Below, in pieces: positions 9,079 to 18,687 of a stretch of 64,000 nt of DNA. The notes under the pieces were generated by a model, which worked only from the letters and a program-made list of their open reading frames with translations, was not told where the DNA came from and did no database searches. Position 1 is the first letter of the stretch, and every line of letters starts with the position of its first letter. The stretch is from Candidatus Latescibacterota bacterium (lineage in GTDB: Bacteria > Latescibacterota > UBA2968 > GCA-2709665). The stretch spans positions 32,001-96,000 of the forward strand of contig CAXXJS010000050.1 in NCBI GenBank assembly GCA_963662665.2, in the 5' to 3' direction. The translations under genes were made by a program, and so were the position numbers.

Positions 9079-11226
9079 TCATTGGCGCCCTTTCGCCGCG
9101 AGCCGGTCTTCGTGGAACGGCCCCGTTTCAAACGTCCTGGCCACAACGTCCAGCTGACGCAGATACGTTTCCTTCTTTCGATTCGGGCCGTAGACTCCGA
9201 AGTCCAGAAAATAGAGCCGATCCGTCTTTTCATCCACCAGCACGTAGCTTCTGAAGGGCCCGCCCTTCCACGCGACAGTGTTCTGCCACACGCCTTCCAG
9301 GTACACCGCCAGCCGGTCTCCCAACACCCGCTGACTCACCTTCAGGCCCGTCTGATCCACGACGTCGTTTTCAAAGAACCGGGCGGCGATCTCGTTCCGC
9401 TTCCGGATGCACCACGCCTCTGTCAAACGATCCGGGCTGACGCCGTCCTCTCGATATACAAACAGCCATTGTGTCACGCGCGCGTGGGTTCGCGTGAGTA
9501 CCACAAACCCGCTATCGGCATCGGTATCGATGAAATTGAAGCCGAAGGGAATGCGCACGCGCCAACCGAACCGGTCGGTCAGTTCCAATGCAAGCGTCTC
9601 TCTTTCGCCAAAACGGAAGAGAGACTCGGCGACTCTTTCGTCGCGCTTCCCGTCGATCGCGCCGTAAATCCGATCCGCCTCCGTCATAATATTGGCTGCC
9701 AGCGCATTGCGGTCCTCGCCCGTAACCAGAACCACCACCTGGTCGTCGGCCCACACGTCCCGCCGGATGACAACGGGCGTCGCTCCGTCCCGGATGGCCC
9801 TTCTGTGCACCGGTGTAACGAGGGAGCGTACCAGACCGCCTGCTTCACGGTCTCCATCCAGCGGCGCGGCGATCACGATATTCTTCCGTCGCAGCCTGTT
9901 GAAATCTCCGGCGTGAACGAACGAGATATGGTAGAGGCGCTCCTTCCTCGGCGTCAGGATTTCCCTCTCCATAGCCTCCAGAAAGGGTTTCTGAAACGTG
10001 CGATAGTCCAGGGAATCCGCAACGACCGTGACCAGATCGATCCGTCCGGAACCGGGAGGCAGCCCATCCAGCCACAGCATGGAAAGCAGCCGGTCCTTGA
10101 ACGTCGCCAGTTTTACGAAGGCTTCAGAACGGCCCGGAACCTCGAGCACGGGGCCCACGCGTCCGCACTGAATCAACACCGCCAGAATCAGACCCGATGC
10201 CAGCAGCAGACCCGAGCGGGACAGGCGGCGTTCGGCGCCGCGCCTGGCGTCCAGCAACCGTGAAATTCGGCGAACGATCTGCTTCCGGTCTCCGGCGGCG
10301 CCAATGCCCATTGCCGATCCGGCCGGTGACGTCATCATCTCCGTCAGGCGGGTGAGACAACCCGCGTATCCCCTGGCGCTTCCGGAAATGCCCACCACCG
10401 CGTCGTCGCAGGCGACCTCCCGTTCCAGGTCCATCTGCCGGGCAATCCACCAAACGGCCGGATGGAAGAAAAGCACACAGCCCGCGAGCGCCTGGAAGAG
10501 TCTGGTCCAGTCGTCCAGCCGGTGCAGGTGCGACAGTTCGTGCAGGACCACCTGATCGAATTCGGCCCCGGTCAGCCGCTCCAGCATGGACTCCGGAATC
10601 AGTATCACGGGTTTGAACAGCCCCGTCGCCGCTGGCGTTCCCACTTGCCTGGAACTGCATAGACGCACCCAGCGCCGCGTATCGCTTGATCGGATCAAAT
10701 GGCGCAATCTGTCTTGATATCGGGCAGGAAGGGGCTTTGCACTCTGTTTGAGGCGACGGAGGAGTCGAAAACCCAGAAAGAGTCTGGCCGACAGCGCCAG
10801 CGCGACCAACATCCAGATTGCGAATACGACCGGCGGCCACCAAACCGGCAGTTCCGGTGTAAACGCCGGCTCCTCGCGTTGCCCGTCCCAGTGCCGATCA
10901 GCGCCCGGCGACGGTTCGAGGTCGGCCGCATCGCCCGGCGTCCGTGAAGCGGCCTTCTCCGGATCGTACTTCTCCCCGGCCTTTAGCCACATCCGCGCGG
11001 CGCCCGCATGACCCGGCGGGATTCCAACGTGGGACCACGACAACGCGAACACAATCAGCAGAGTGGCCGTCCAGATCACGTACCGGGTCCGTGCGTTCAG
11101 CCAACGCGCAAAGTTCAACAGGCACGCGACCGCAAGCGTAAGGACAAGGCCCTTCCACAGTCCGCTGAGCGCGGAGGACACCACTACCCGGGAGAGGGCG
11201 TCGAAAATTTCATAGGCCGCCAACAT
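9079..11226 (-). CDS. BlaR1/MecR1 M56 metallopeptidase fused to a DUF4837-like C-terminal domain
   Basis: TM N-terminus, HELSH zinc motif, FFHPAVW, EREVACD; C-terminal 'DVWADDQVV..GVWQN..GGPFRSY..GPNRKKETYLRQL' recalls DUF4837. Confidence 0.8.
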   Translation of the reverse strand: MLAAYEIFDALSRVVVSSALSGLWKGLVLTLAVACLLNFARWLNARTRYVIWTATLLIVFALSWSHVGIPPGHAGAARMWLKAGEKYDPEKAASRTPGDAADLEPSPGADRHWDGQREEPAFTPELPVWWPPVVFAIWMLVALALSARLFLGFRLLRRLKQSAKPLPARYQDRLRHLIRSSDTRRWVRLCSSRQVGTPAATGLFKPVILIPESMLERLTGAEFDQVVLHELSHLHRLDDWTRLFQALAGCVLFFHPAVWWIARQMDLEREVACDDAVVGISGSARGYAGCLTRLTEMMTSPAGSAMGIGAAGDRKQIVRRISRLLDARRGAERRLSRSGLLLASGLILAVLIQCGRVGPVLEVPGRSEAFVKLATFKDRLLSMLWLDGLPPGSGRIDLVTVVADSLDYRTFQKPFLEAMEREILTPRKERLYHISFVHAGDFNRLRRKNIVIAAPLDGDREAGGLVRSLVTPVHRRAIRDGATPVVIRRDVWADDQVVVLVTGEDRNALAANIMTEADRIYGAIDGKRDERVAESLFRFGERETLALELTDRFGWRVRIPFGFNFIDTDADSGFVVLTRTHARVTQWLFVYREDGVSPDRLTEAWCIRKRNEIAARFFENDVVDQTGLKVSQRVLGDRLAVYLEGVWQNTVAWKGGPFRSYVLVDEKTDRLYFLDFGVYGPNRKKETYLRQLDVVARTFETGPFHEDRLAAKGRQ

Positions 11227-11236
11227 AGGCCATCCT

Positions 11237-11614
11237 CTATCCGCTGTCGTCCACCATCTGTTTCATACGCTTGAGAACTTCGGGGTCCACTGCTTCATTC
11301 TCGAGAATGTTCAGCACCAGGGTTTCCGGCGAATTGTTGAAAAACCGGCTCATCATGTAGCGAACCACGCTTCTTCTGGCGTCTTCTCGGCCGACCACCG
11401 GATGGTAGACATAGGCCCTGCCCTCCTTTTCGTGGGACACGTAGCCTTTCCGTTCGAGAATCCTGAGCGTTGTCAGTACCGTGCTGTAAGCGAGCGGTTC
11501 CTTGCCGGGCAGCGCCGCGACCACGTCGCTCACTGTGGCCGCCTCCTTTTGCCAAAGTACGTTCATCAACCTGAGTTCGGCTTCCGTTAGCGTGGGTGAC
11601 TTCGGCCTTGCCAT
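11237..11614 (-). CDS. BlaI/MecI/CopY family transcriptional repressor
   Basis: LTEAELRLMNVLW, LAYSTVLTTLRILERKG, GRAYVY. Confidence 0.92.
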   Translation of the reverse strand: MARPKSPTLTEAELRLMNVLWQKEAATVSDVVAALPGKEPLAYSTVLTTLRILERKGYVSHEKEGRAYVYHPVVGREDARRSVVRYMMSRFFNNSPETLVLNILENEAVDPEVLKRMKQMVDDSG

Positions 11615-11832
11615 TCAATCCACTCCTATCTTGATTACATTTGACCACCGGGTTACGTGCTGGGAGCATTAATTCCTTAATATAAAATATATGGAAATTC
11701 CATCCTTTGTCAATTATAAAATTAATATTTAGTCGCAGATTCATCCGGCGACGCCGTCCGGTTGGGCTTTTTCAACGGGCTGTTTACATCGAGAAAGCAA
11801 GATTGTGACATTCCCAAAGCGCCAAAATATAC

Positions 11833-11890
11833 TTGACATGCATTACCGGATTGGATAAATTAAAACATTCGTTTAAATCATACGTTTGCT
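11833..11890 (+). promoter_or_regulatory. Sigma70-type promoter and probable TetR operator
   Basis: TTGACA-17 nt-TAAATT followed by imperfect palindromes AAACATTCGTTT and CATACGTTTG. Confidence 0.6.
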
Positions 11891-11918
11891 TGAATTCACC
11901 CATTGAAGTTCTGAATCG

Positions 11919-12563
11919 ATGAACCAGACCGACACCCACAGCCGCTTGCTCGACGCCGCCGAGCAGCTCTTTGCCGAACACGGAATCGGCGCCACGTCCC
12001 TGCGGGCCATCACTTCCGAGGCGCCCGCAAACCTGGCCGCCGTCCACTACCACTTCGGCTCCAAAGACGCGCTGATCGAAGCCGTCTTCGCCCGACGGCT
12101 GGAACCGCTCAACCGGGAACGCTGCCGCCTTCTGGACGCGGAAGAGGCTGCCGCTGGCGGCGCACCCTCCATTGAAGCCACCATAAACGCCTTCGTTGCG
12201 CCCGTGATGCGGCTGGCGTACGATCCTGCGGGCGGCGGCGAGAACTTCATGCTGCTCATCGGAAGGCTCTACTCCGAACCTGGAGACCTGGCATACAAAA
12301 TCACGGAACAGTTCAGCGAGGTCTTCCATCGATTCACGTCGACGCTTTCGCGCAGCCTGCCCCACCTGTCCCGGACCGACCTGCTCTGGAGGTTCTTCTT
12401 CATGGTGGGCGGCATGAGCATGCCGCTGATGGGGAGGCATATCATTCCGGTCAGAACCGGCGGACTTTGCGATCCGACAGACATCGAAAACAACATCAAA
12501 CGCCTCGTTGCCTTCCTCGCTGCCGGCCTCCGCGCCGCCGCCCCCAACGGAGACACAACTTGA
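11919..12563 (+). CDS. TetR/AcrR family regulator
   Basis: HTH 'LLDAAEQLFAEHG..TSLRAIT..NLAAVHYHFGSKDAL'. Confidence 0.92.
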   Translation: MNQTDTHSRLLDAAEQLFAEHGIGATSLRAITSEAPANLAAVHYHFGSKDALIEAVFARRLEPLNRERCRLLDAEEAAAGGAPSIEATINAFVAPVMRLAYDPAGGGENFMLLIGRLYSEPGDLAYKITEQFSEVFHRFTSTLSRSLPHLSRTDLLWRFFFMVGGMSMPLMGRHIIPVRTGGLCDPTDIENNIKRLVAFLAAGLRAAAPNGDTT

Positions 12564-14002
12564 GACGCGTAATTCCCGTTCTCGCCCTGCTGCTGGCGGC
12601 CTGCGCCGCAGCGCCCAGGGTGAACCCACCGGACCTGAACGTGACGATCCCGGAGCGCTGGTCTGCCGGGCAGCCCGGCGCCGTCGAAACGGACACCCTC
12701 TGGTGGCGGGCCTTCGATGACGAAACCCTGACCGGCCTCGTCGCGGAAGCGCTCGCGCACAACCTAAACCTTCAGGCCGCCGCAGCCCGTGTACGCGCCG
12801 CCGCCGCGCGCGCCAGAATCGCCGGCGCCCCTCTATATCCCGATGCGGCGGGCCGAGCCAGCGGGTCACGCCGCAAACAGAATTTCATCGGCCTGCCCAT
12901 CCCCGGATCCGGAAACGGCATTCCAACCTCCACCACCAACAGCGTCGGCCTGTCACTCGATATCTCCTGGGAACTGGACCTCTGGGGTCGGCTGGGCGCC
13001 GGGGCGTCCGCGGCGCTGGCCGATATGCAAGCCGCTCGCGCCGATTACGCTGGCGCCCGACTCTCTCTTGCGGGACAGACCGCCAAGACCTGGTTTGTCG
13101 CTGTGGAGGCCCACAGGCAGGTTGAACTGTCGGAAGCCACCGTGGAAAACTTCAGGACCTCCAGCGAGGTCGTGCGGGAACGTTACAGACGCGGTCTGCG
13201 CCACGCCCTCGACCTCCGCCGCGCCCTGTCCAGCCTGGCCGGCGCCGAGGCCGTCCTTCAACAACACCGGCTCGTCTTCGGCGCGACCTGCCGTCAACTC
13301 GAGGTTCTCATGGGCAGATATCCCGCCGCCGCCCTGAACCCCGGCATTACCCTGCCCGCGCTGCCCGAAGCCGTTCCCGCCGGCCTCCCCGCGGACCTCG
13401 TCTCCCGCAGGCCGGACCTTGTGGCGGCCGAACGCGGGCTGGCGGCGTCCTACGCCCGTTACACGCAGGCAAAAAGGGCGCTTTTCCCCCGCATCAGCCT
13501 GACCGGTTCCGCCGGCACCTCGAGCAAGGAACTGAAAAATCTGCTCGACGGCGACTTCAGTGTGTGGAACCTGGCGGGAAACATCCTGCAACCGCTTTTC
13601 CAGGGCGGACGAATCCGCGGCGGCATTCAGCAGGCGGCCTCGCAATCCGAACAGGCGCTGGCGCTCTACGTCAATGGCGTCCTGGCCGCCTACGCGGAAG
13701 TGGAAAACGCACTTGCGGCCGAGGGCCTTCTGACAAAACTACAGGCCGCGCTCGAAATTGCAACCGAACAGGCGCTGGCCGCGCGCCGTCTCGCCGAAGA
13801 CCGGTACGCGGGCGGGCTTGTGGACCTCAACACGATGCTCGACGCCCAGCGCGGCGCCTATGCCTCAGAAAGCCAGCTGATTGCCGTACGCCGCCAGCGG
13901 CTGGAAAACCGGGTCAACCTGCACCTGGCCCTCGGCGGCGGCTTCGCGGGAATCGACAGAATGGTTTCGACAACAGCTTCTACGCAAACGGAAGGACTGT
14001 AA
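12560..14002 (+). CDS. RND outer-membrane factor lipoprotein (NodT/TolC family)
   Basis: TTG start overlapping the TetR stop, lipobox LAAC, WELDLWG, RRPDL, LALGGG. Confidence 0.9.
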   Translation: MRRVIPVLALLLAACAAAPRVNPPDLNVTIPERWSAGQPGAVETDTLWWRAFDDETLTGLVAEALAHNLNLQAAAARVRAAAARARIAGAPLYPDAAGRASGSRRKQNFIGLPIPGSGNGIPTSTTNSVGLSLDISWELDLWGRLGAGASAALADMQAARADYAGARLSLAGQTAKTWFVAVEAHRQVELSEATVENFRTSSEVVRERYRRGLRHALDLRRALSSLAGAEAVLQQHRLVFGATCRQLEVLMGRYPAAALNPGITLPALPEAVPAGLPADLVSRRPDLVAAERGLAASYARYTQAKRALFPRISLTGSAGTSSKELKNLLDGDFSVWNLAGNILQPLFQGGRIRGGIQQAASQSEQALALYVNGVLAAYAEVENALAAEGLLTKLQAALEIATEQALAARRLAEDRYAGGLVDLNTMLDAQRGAYASESQLIAVRRQRLENRVNLHLALGGGFAGIDRMVSTTASTQTEGL

Positions 14003-14005
14003 GAA

Positions 14006-15259
14006 ATGAGAACCCTGCAAGACGGAAATCCGGACAGACGCGGTCTTTCAGGCTGGATTCGGCGGCATCCGAAGGCGTTGCTCCCCGTCGCGGTGATTGC
14101 ATTCGGGATGCTGATTGCATTCGTCCTCATCAGTGCACGGTCCGAAGTCGTGGTAGCACCCCCGAAGGTGCCGCCCCCGCTGGTACGGGCGATGACAGTC
14201 GAAAACCGGGACGTTCAACTTCAGATCGAGGCGCAGGGCATTGTCACGCCGCGCACCAGGACCAGCCTGGTGTCCCAGGTTGCCGGGCAGATCATCTCGG
14301 TCTCTCCTGCATTCGCCAACGGCGGGTTCTTCAAAACCGGAGACGTGCTGCTCGCCGTCGACCCTCGCGACTACGAACTCGCGGTGGACCGCGCGCGGGC
14401 CGTGGTCTCTCAAGCACAGGTACGACTCGCGCGAGAGGAGGAAGAGGCAGACCTGGCGAAGCAGGAATGGCAGCGCCTGGGCAATGGCGAAGCCACGGAC
14501 CTGGCCCTTCGAAAACCCCAGTTGGCTGATGCCCGCGCCGCCCTCCAGGCAGCGATGGCATCCCGGGAACAGGCCCGCCTCGCGCTTGAACGAACCCGGA
14601 TCCGAGCGCCTTACGAAGGCCGCGTACTCTCCAAGGTCGTGGACCTGGGCCAGTACGTAAATCCCGGCGCTCCGGTTGCGCGCATATACGCCGTCGACTA
14701 CGCCGAGATCCGCCTGCCGGTGCCGCACGAACAACTCGCCTTCCTGGACCTGGTCTACAACGCCCGCAGCGAACTCGAACCCGGTTCCCGGCCGAAAGCC
14801 CGGGTTCAGGCCGTTTTCGCCGGGGCCCCGCGTACTTGGCAGGGTGAAATCGTACGCATCGAAGGGGAAATCGACGCCCGCACCCGAATGGTCAATCTGG
14901 TCGCCCGCGTCGATGCGCCGTACGATCGGGGAGACGATGCGAACCGCGCGCCGCTTTACGCCGGGCTGTTTGTGGAGGTTGAAATCCTTGGGCGGGTCGC
15001 CCGGAGCATCGCCGTTGTTCCCCGCTCGGCCATCCGGGGCGCCGATCAGGTGCTCGTCATCGACGAGGACGACCGTTTGCGTTTTCGTCGCGTCAATCTG
15101 TTGAGACTGGAAGCCGAAAACGCCCTCGTCCGTTCGGGCCTCGCAGGTGGAGAACGGGTCTGCATATCCACTCTGGATGTCGTTGTGGAGGGCATGCAGG
15201 TCCGGATCCTATCTGAAAAGAGCCAGGCCGTGTCCCCGGCTGATGGAGGTGCCGGATGA
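14006..15259 (+). CDS. RND periplasmic adaptor (MFP)
   Basis: TM anchor, lipoyl halves 'SQVAGQI' and 'IRAPYEG', coiled-coil hairpin. Confidence 0.9.
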   Translation: MRTLQDGNPDRRGLSGWIRRHPKALLPVAVIAFGMLIAFVLISARSEVVVAPPKVPPPLVRAMTVENRDVQLQIEAQGIVTPRTRTSLVSQVAGQIISVSPAFANGGFFKTGDVLLAVDPRDYELAVDRARAVVSQAQVRLAREEEEADLAKQEWQRLGNGEATDLALRKPQLADARAALQAAMASREQARLALERTRIRAPYEGRVLSKVVDLGQYVNPGAPVARIYAVDYAEIRLPVPHEQLAFLDLVYNARSELEPGSRPKARVQAVFAGAPRTWQGEIVRIEGEIDARTRMVNLVARVDAPYDRGDDANRAPLYAGLFVEVEILGRVARSIAVVPRSAIRGADQVLVIDEDDRLRFRRVNLLRLEAENALVRSGLAGGERVCISTLDVVVEGMQVRILSEKSQAVSPADGGAG

Positions 15260-18200
15260 ATCGCGCAATCGCCTGGTTCGCCGAAAACAGCGTCGCCGCG
15301 AATCTGCTCATGGTTGTTATCCTGGCCAGCGGCATACTCACGATTTCCAGCCTCGAAGTCGAGCATTTTCCGGAGTTCTCGTCCGACGTCATCTCGGTTT
15401 CAGTCGTTTATCGCGGTGCGGCGCCGGAGGAAGTGGAAGAAGGCGTCTGTGTGCGGATCGAGGAGGCGGTGCAGAGTCTGGAAGGCATCAAACGCATTCG
15501 TTCCACCGCTTCCGAAAACCGGGGCAGCGTCAACATCGAACTCAAGCCCGGCGCGGATGCCCGCAAGTTGTTGGAAGACGTCAAGTCCGCCGTTGACGGG
15601 ATCGACACGTTTCCCGACGAAACCGAACAACCCGTCATCCAGGAAGTCTTGTTGCGTCGCCAGGTGATCAACGTGGCCGTTTCCGGCAACGCCGACGAAG
15701 CCACGCTCAAATACCTGGGTGAGCAGGTGCGCGACGAGATCACGGCCATACCCGGAATTACCCTGGCGGTACTCAGCGGTGCGCGCCCGTACGAGGTTTC
15801 CATCGAAGTCTCCGAATCCGCGCTGAGGCGATTCAGCCTGACCATTGACGAAGTCGTCCGGGCTGTACGCCGTTCCTCCCTTGACCTGCCGGGCGGCGCC
15901 ATCAAAACGGAAGGAGGCGAAATCCTGTTGCGGTCAAAAGGGCAGGCCTACCGGGGGCCGACCTTTGAAGACATCGTCCTGCGCACTCGTCCCGACGGCG
16001 CCGCGCTCACCGTTGGCGACGTTGCCAGGGTTGTGGACGGATTTGCGGACGCGGATCTAACCGGACGTTTCGACCTGGAACCCGGTGTGATTGTACAGGT
16101 CTTTCGGGTGGGCGACCAGGATGCGCTTGAAATCTCCCGAAATGTCAAGGAATACGTCAAATCGGCGGAATCCCGCATGCCCGAGGGCATTTCCCTGACC
16201 GTCTACGCGGATTTCTCCAGGATTCTGGAGGGCCGGCTGAACCTGATGCTGAAGAACGGCCGCGGCGGTTTCATCCTGGTCCTCTTCATCCTGGCCATGT
16301 TTCTGAGGCTTCGCCTGGCCTTCTGGATCGCCCTGGGGATTCCCATCTCCTTCCTCGGCGCTATCTGGGTGATGCCGTCCATCGGCGCGTCCATCAATGT
16401 GATCTCGCTGTTTGCATTCATCGTGGTGCTGGGCATCGTTGTAGACGATGCCATTGTCGTCGGCGAAAACATCTACCGGCGGTTCCAGCAGGGCGAACAC
16501 GGCCTGCGCGGCGCCATCGCCGGCGCCCAGGAAGTCGCCGTGCCCGTCACCTTTGCCGTGTTGACCTCCATTGCCGCGTTTTCGCCCCTGTTGATGGTTC
16601 CGGGCAACACCGGCAAGATCATGAGACTGATCCCCGAGATCGTCATCCTTACCCTGGTTTTTTCACTGGTGGAATCCCTGTTCATTCTTCCCGCCCACCT
16701 GGCGCACGTCAGGCTGCGCGGCAGAAAGAAAACAAGCGGCCGTATCGGCCGGTTGTTGAGGGCGTTTCGAGACGGTTTTTCAACTCGCGTGGAAGGGCTT
16801 ATCCATCGGGTTTACCGCCCGCTGCTCGACCGCTGCCTGGAGTGGCGTTACCTAAGCGCGTCAGTGGGTGTGGCCGCGCTGACACTGACGGTCGGACTCA
16901 TTGTCGGCGGCTGGATTCAATTCCTGTTCTTCCCACAGGTCCCGGCAGACAACGTGGCGGCGAACCTGACGATGCCGCAGGGAACACCCGCCGAGACGAC
17001 AGCACGGGCCGTCAGCCGCCTTGAAACGTCAGCCTTTCGGCTTCAGCGCGAACTGGAATCTGAAAGCGATCAGAAAATCTTCATGCATATGTGGGCCGTT
17101 GTGGGGGATCAGCCCCTCAGGACGGCGCAGCGCCGGTTTCAGGGGGGGAATGCCGCTTACTCCGGTGCGCACCTGGGCGAGGTCAACGTTGAACTCACGC
17201 CCGCCGAGGAGCGAACCGTCAGTAGCGTCGAAATCGCGAGGCGCTGGCGCGAACTTACCGGACCCATTTCCGATGCAACGGAACTGACGTTCACCTCGTC
17301 CCTCTTTTCCGCGGGCGATCCCATCAACATCCAGCTTACCGGCCCCGACTACGCCGAACTCCGGGCCGCGGCGGAAAAGTTGAAGAGCAAACTCGCGGAG
17401 TACCCGGGCGTGCTGGACATTGCCGACTCGTTTCGTCCGGGCAAAAAGGAGGTTAAACTCGCGCTGACCGAAGAGGCGCGCCTGCTTGGCCTCACCATGT
17501 CCGACCTGGCTCGGCAGGTGCGCCAGGCGTTCTACGGCGAAGAAGCGCAGCGCATCCAGAGAGGAAGGGACGACGTTCGGGTGATGGTACGCTATCCCGA
17601 GAGCGAGCGGCGGTCGTTGAATAACCTGGAGACCATGCGCATCCGAACGCCGGAAGGCGCCGAAGTGCCCTTCTCCGTTGCCGCCCGGACCGAACTCGGG
17701 AGGGGCTACGCCGCCATCAATCGCACCGACCGCCAGCGAATTGTAAACGTAACGGCCGACGTGGACCGGAACAGAGCCAATGCCAATGAGATTCTGGCCG
17801 ACGTTACGTCGCAGGTGCTCCCGGCCATTGTGGCGGACCACCCCCGCGTACGCTACAGCCTCGAAGGCGAGCAGCGGGAGCAGCAGGAAACTGTCTCCGG
17901 CCTATCACGAAGCTTCGGCGTCGCCCTCATTGTCATCTTCGGCCTGCTCGCGATTCCCTTCCGATCCTATCTCCAGCCGTTCATTATCATGGCCGTTATC
18001 CCCTTCGGGTTTGTGGGCGCCATTTGGGGCCATATCATAATGGGCCTGGACCTCACCATTCTATCACTATTCGGTCTGGTCGCACTGTCCGGCGTGGTCA
18101 TCAACGACAGCCTCGTCCTCGTGGACTTCATCAACCGCAGGCGCGCGGCGGGAAACAGCCTGGAAGAAGCCATCCGCGAAGCCGGCGTGGCCCGCTTCCG

Positions 18201-18456
18201 GCCCATCATCCTCACGTCTCTCACGACCTTCGGCGGCCTCTCACCGCTGCTCTTTGAGACCAGCCTGCAGGCCCAGTTCCTCATCCCTATGGCGACCTCT
18301 CTGGGCTTCGGCGTCATCTTTGGTACCGCCGTTATCCTGATTCTGGTTCCCGTCACTTACGCCATCCTGGAAGACGTGAGGCACGCCGTCGCCGGGTTGG
18401 TCGGCCGCCAGCCGGCCGCCCGCCCGGACGTTGCGCCCGAAACGGGCGATGACTGA
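15256..18456 (+). CDS. RND efflux permease (AcrB/AcrD/AcrF family)
   Basis: 1066 aa; GIVVDDAIVVGEN; RFRPIILTSLTT. Confidence 0.93.
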   Translation: MNRAIAWFAENSVAANLLMVVILASGILTISSLEVEHFPEFSSDVISVSVVYRGAAPEEVEEGVCVRIEEAVQSLEGIKRIRSTASENRGSVNIELKPGADARKLLEDVKSAVDGIDTFPDETEQPVIQEVLLRRQVINVAVSGNADEATLKYLGEQVRDEITAIPGITLAVLSGARPYEVSIEVSESALRRFSLTIDEVVRAVRRSSLDLPGGAIKTEGGEILLRSKGQAYRGPTFEDIVLRTRPDGAALTVGDVARVVDGFADADLTGRFDLEPGVIVQVFRVGDQDALEISRNVKEYVKSAESRMPEGISLTVYADFSRILEGRLNLMLKNGRGGFILVLFILAMFLRLRLAFWIALGIPISFLGAIWVMPSIGASINVISLFAFIVVLGIVVDDAIVVGENIYRRFQQGEHGLRGAIAGAQEVAVPVTFAVLTSIAAFSPLLMVPGNTGKIMRLIPEIVILTLVFSLVESLFILPAHLAHVRLRGRKKTSGRIGRLLRAFRDGFSTRVEGLIHRVYRPLLDRCLEWRYLSASVGVAALTLTVGLIVGGWIQFLFFPQVPADNVAANLTMPQGTPAETTARAVSRLETSAFRLQRELESESDQKIFMHMWAVVGDQPLRTAQRRFQGGNAAYSGAHLGEVNVELTPAEERTVSSVEIARRWRELTGPISDATELTFTSSLFSAGDPINIQLTGPDYAELRAAAEKLKSKLAEYPGVLDIADSFRPGKKEVKLALTEEARLLGLTMSDLARQVRQAFYGEEAQRIQRGRDDVRVMVRYPESERRSLNNLETMRIRTPEGAEVPFSVAARTELGRGYAAINRTDRQRIVNVTADVDRNRANANEILADVTSQVLPAIVADHPRVRYSLEGEQREQQETVSGLSRSFGVALIVIFGLLAIPFRSYLQPFIIMAVIPFGFVGAIWGHIIMGLDLTILSLFGLVALSGVVINDSLVLVDFINRRRAAGNSLEEAIREAGVARFRPIILTSLTTFGGLSPLLFETSLQAQFLIPMATSLGFGVIFGTAVILILVPVTYAILEDVRHAVAGLVGRQPAARPDVAPETGDD

Positions 18457-18621
18457 AACCGGCTTTACCTGCCCATGCGCGGGCGCTCGACCCTGCGCCG
18501 CAAACTGCCAGTTTGCGCTACGGTCTCCGTGCCGTGGTTTCTGGCGTAACCGGCGGACCACATTACCCGTTAAACTCAAGCCATTGTCAGCCTGCGCAAC
18601 CGGACGTCGCTTGTCAGGGCA

Positions 18622-18685
18622 TTGACAATTTTGCAGTCAATTGCAAATTTGTCTTGACTTTTTTGCAGTTTAGTGCAAATTTGTC
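18622..18685 (+). promoter_or_regulatory. Two tandem 32-bp palindromic units upstream of the ATPase gene
   Basis: TTGACAATTTTGCAGTCAATTGCAAATTTGTC then TTGACTTTTTTGCAGTTTAGTGCAAATTTGTC; each contains TTTGCA-N6-TGCAAA. Confidence 0.6.
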
Positions 18686-18687
18686 AT

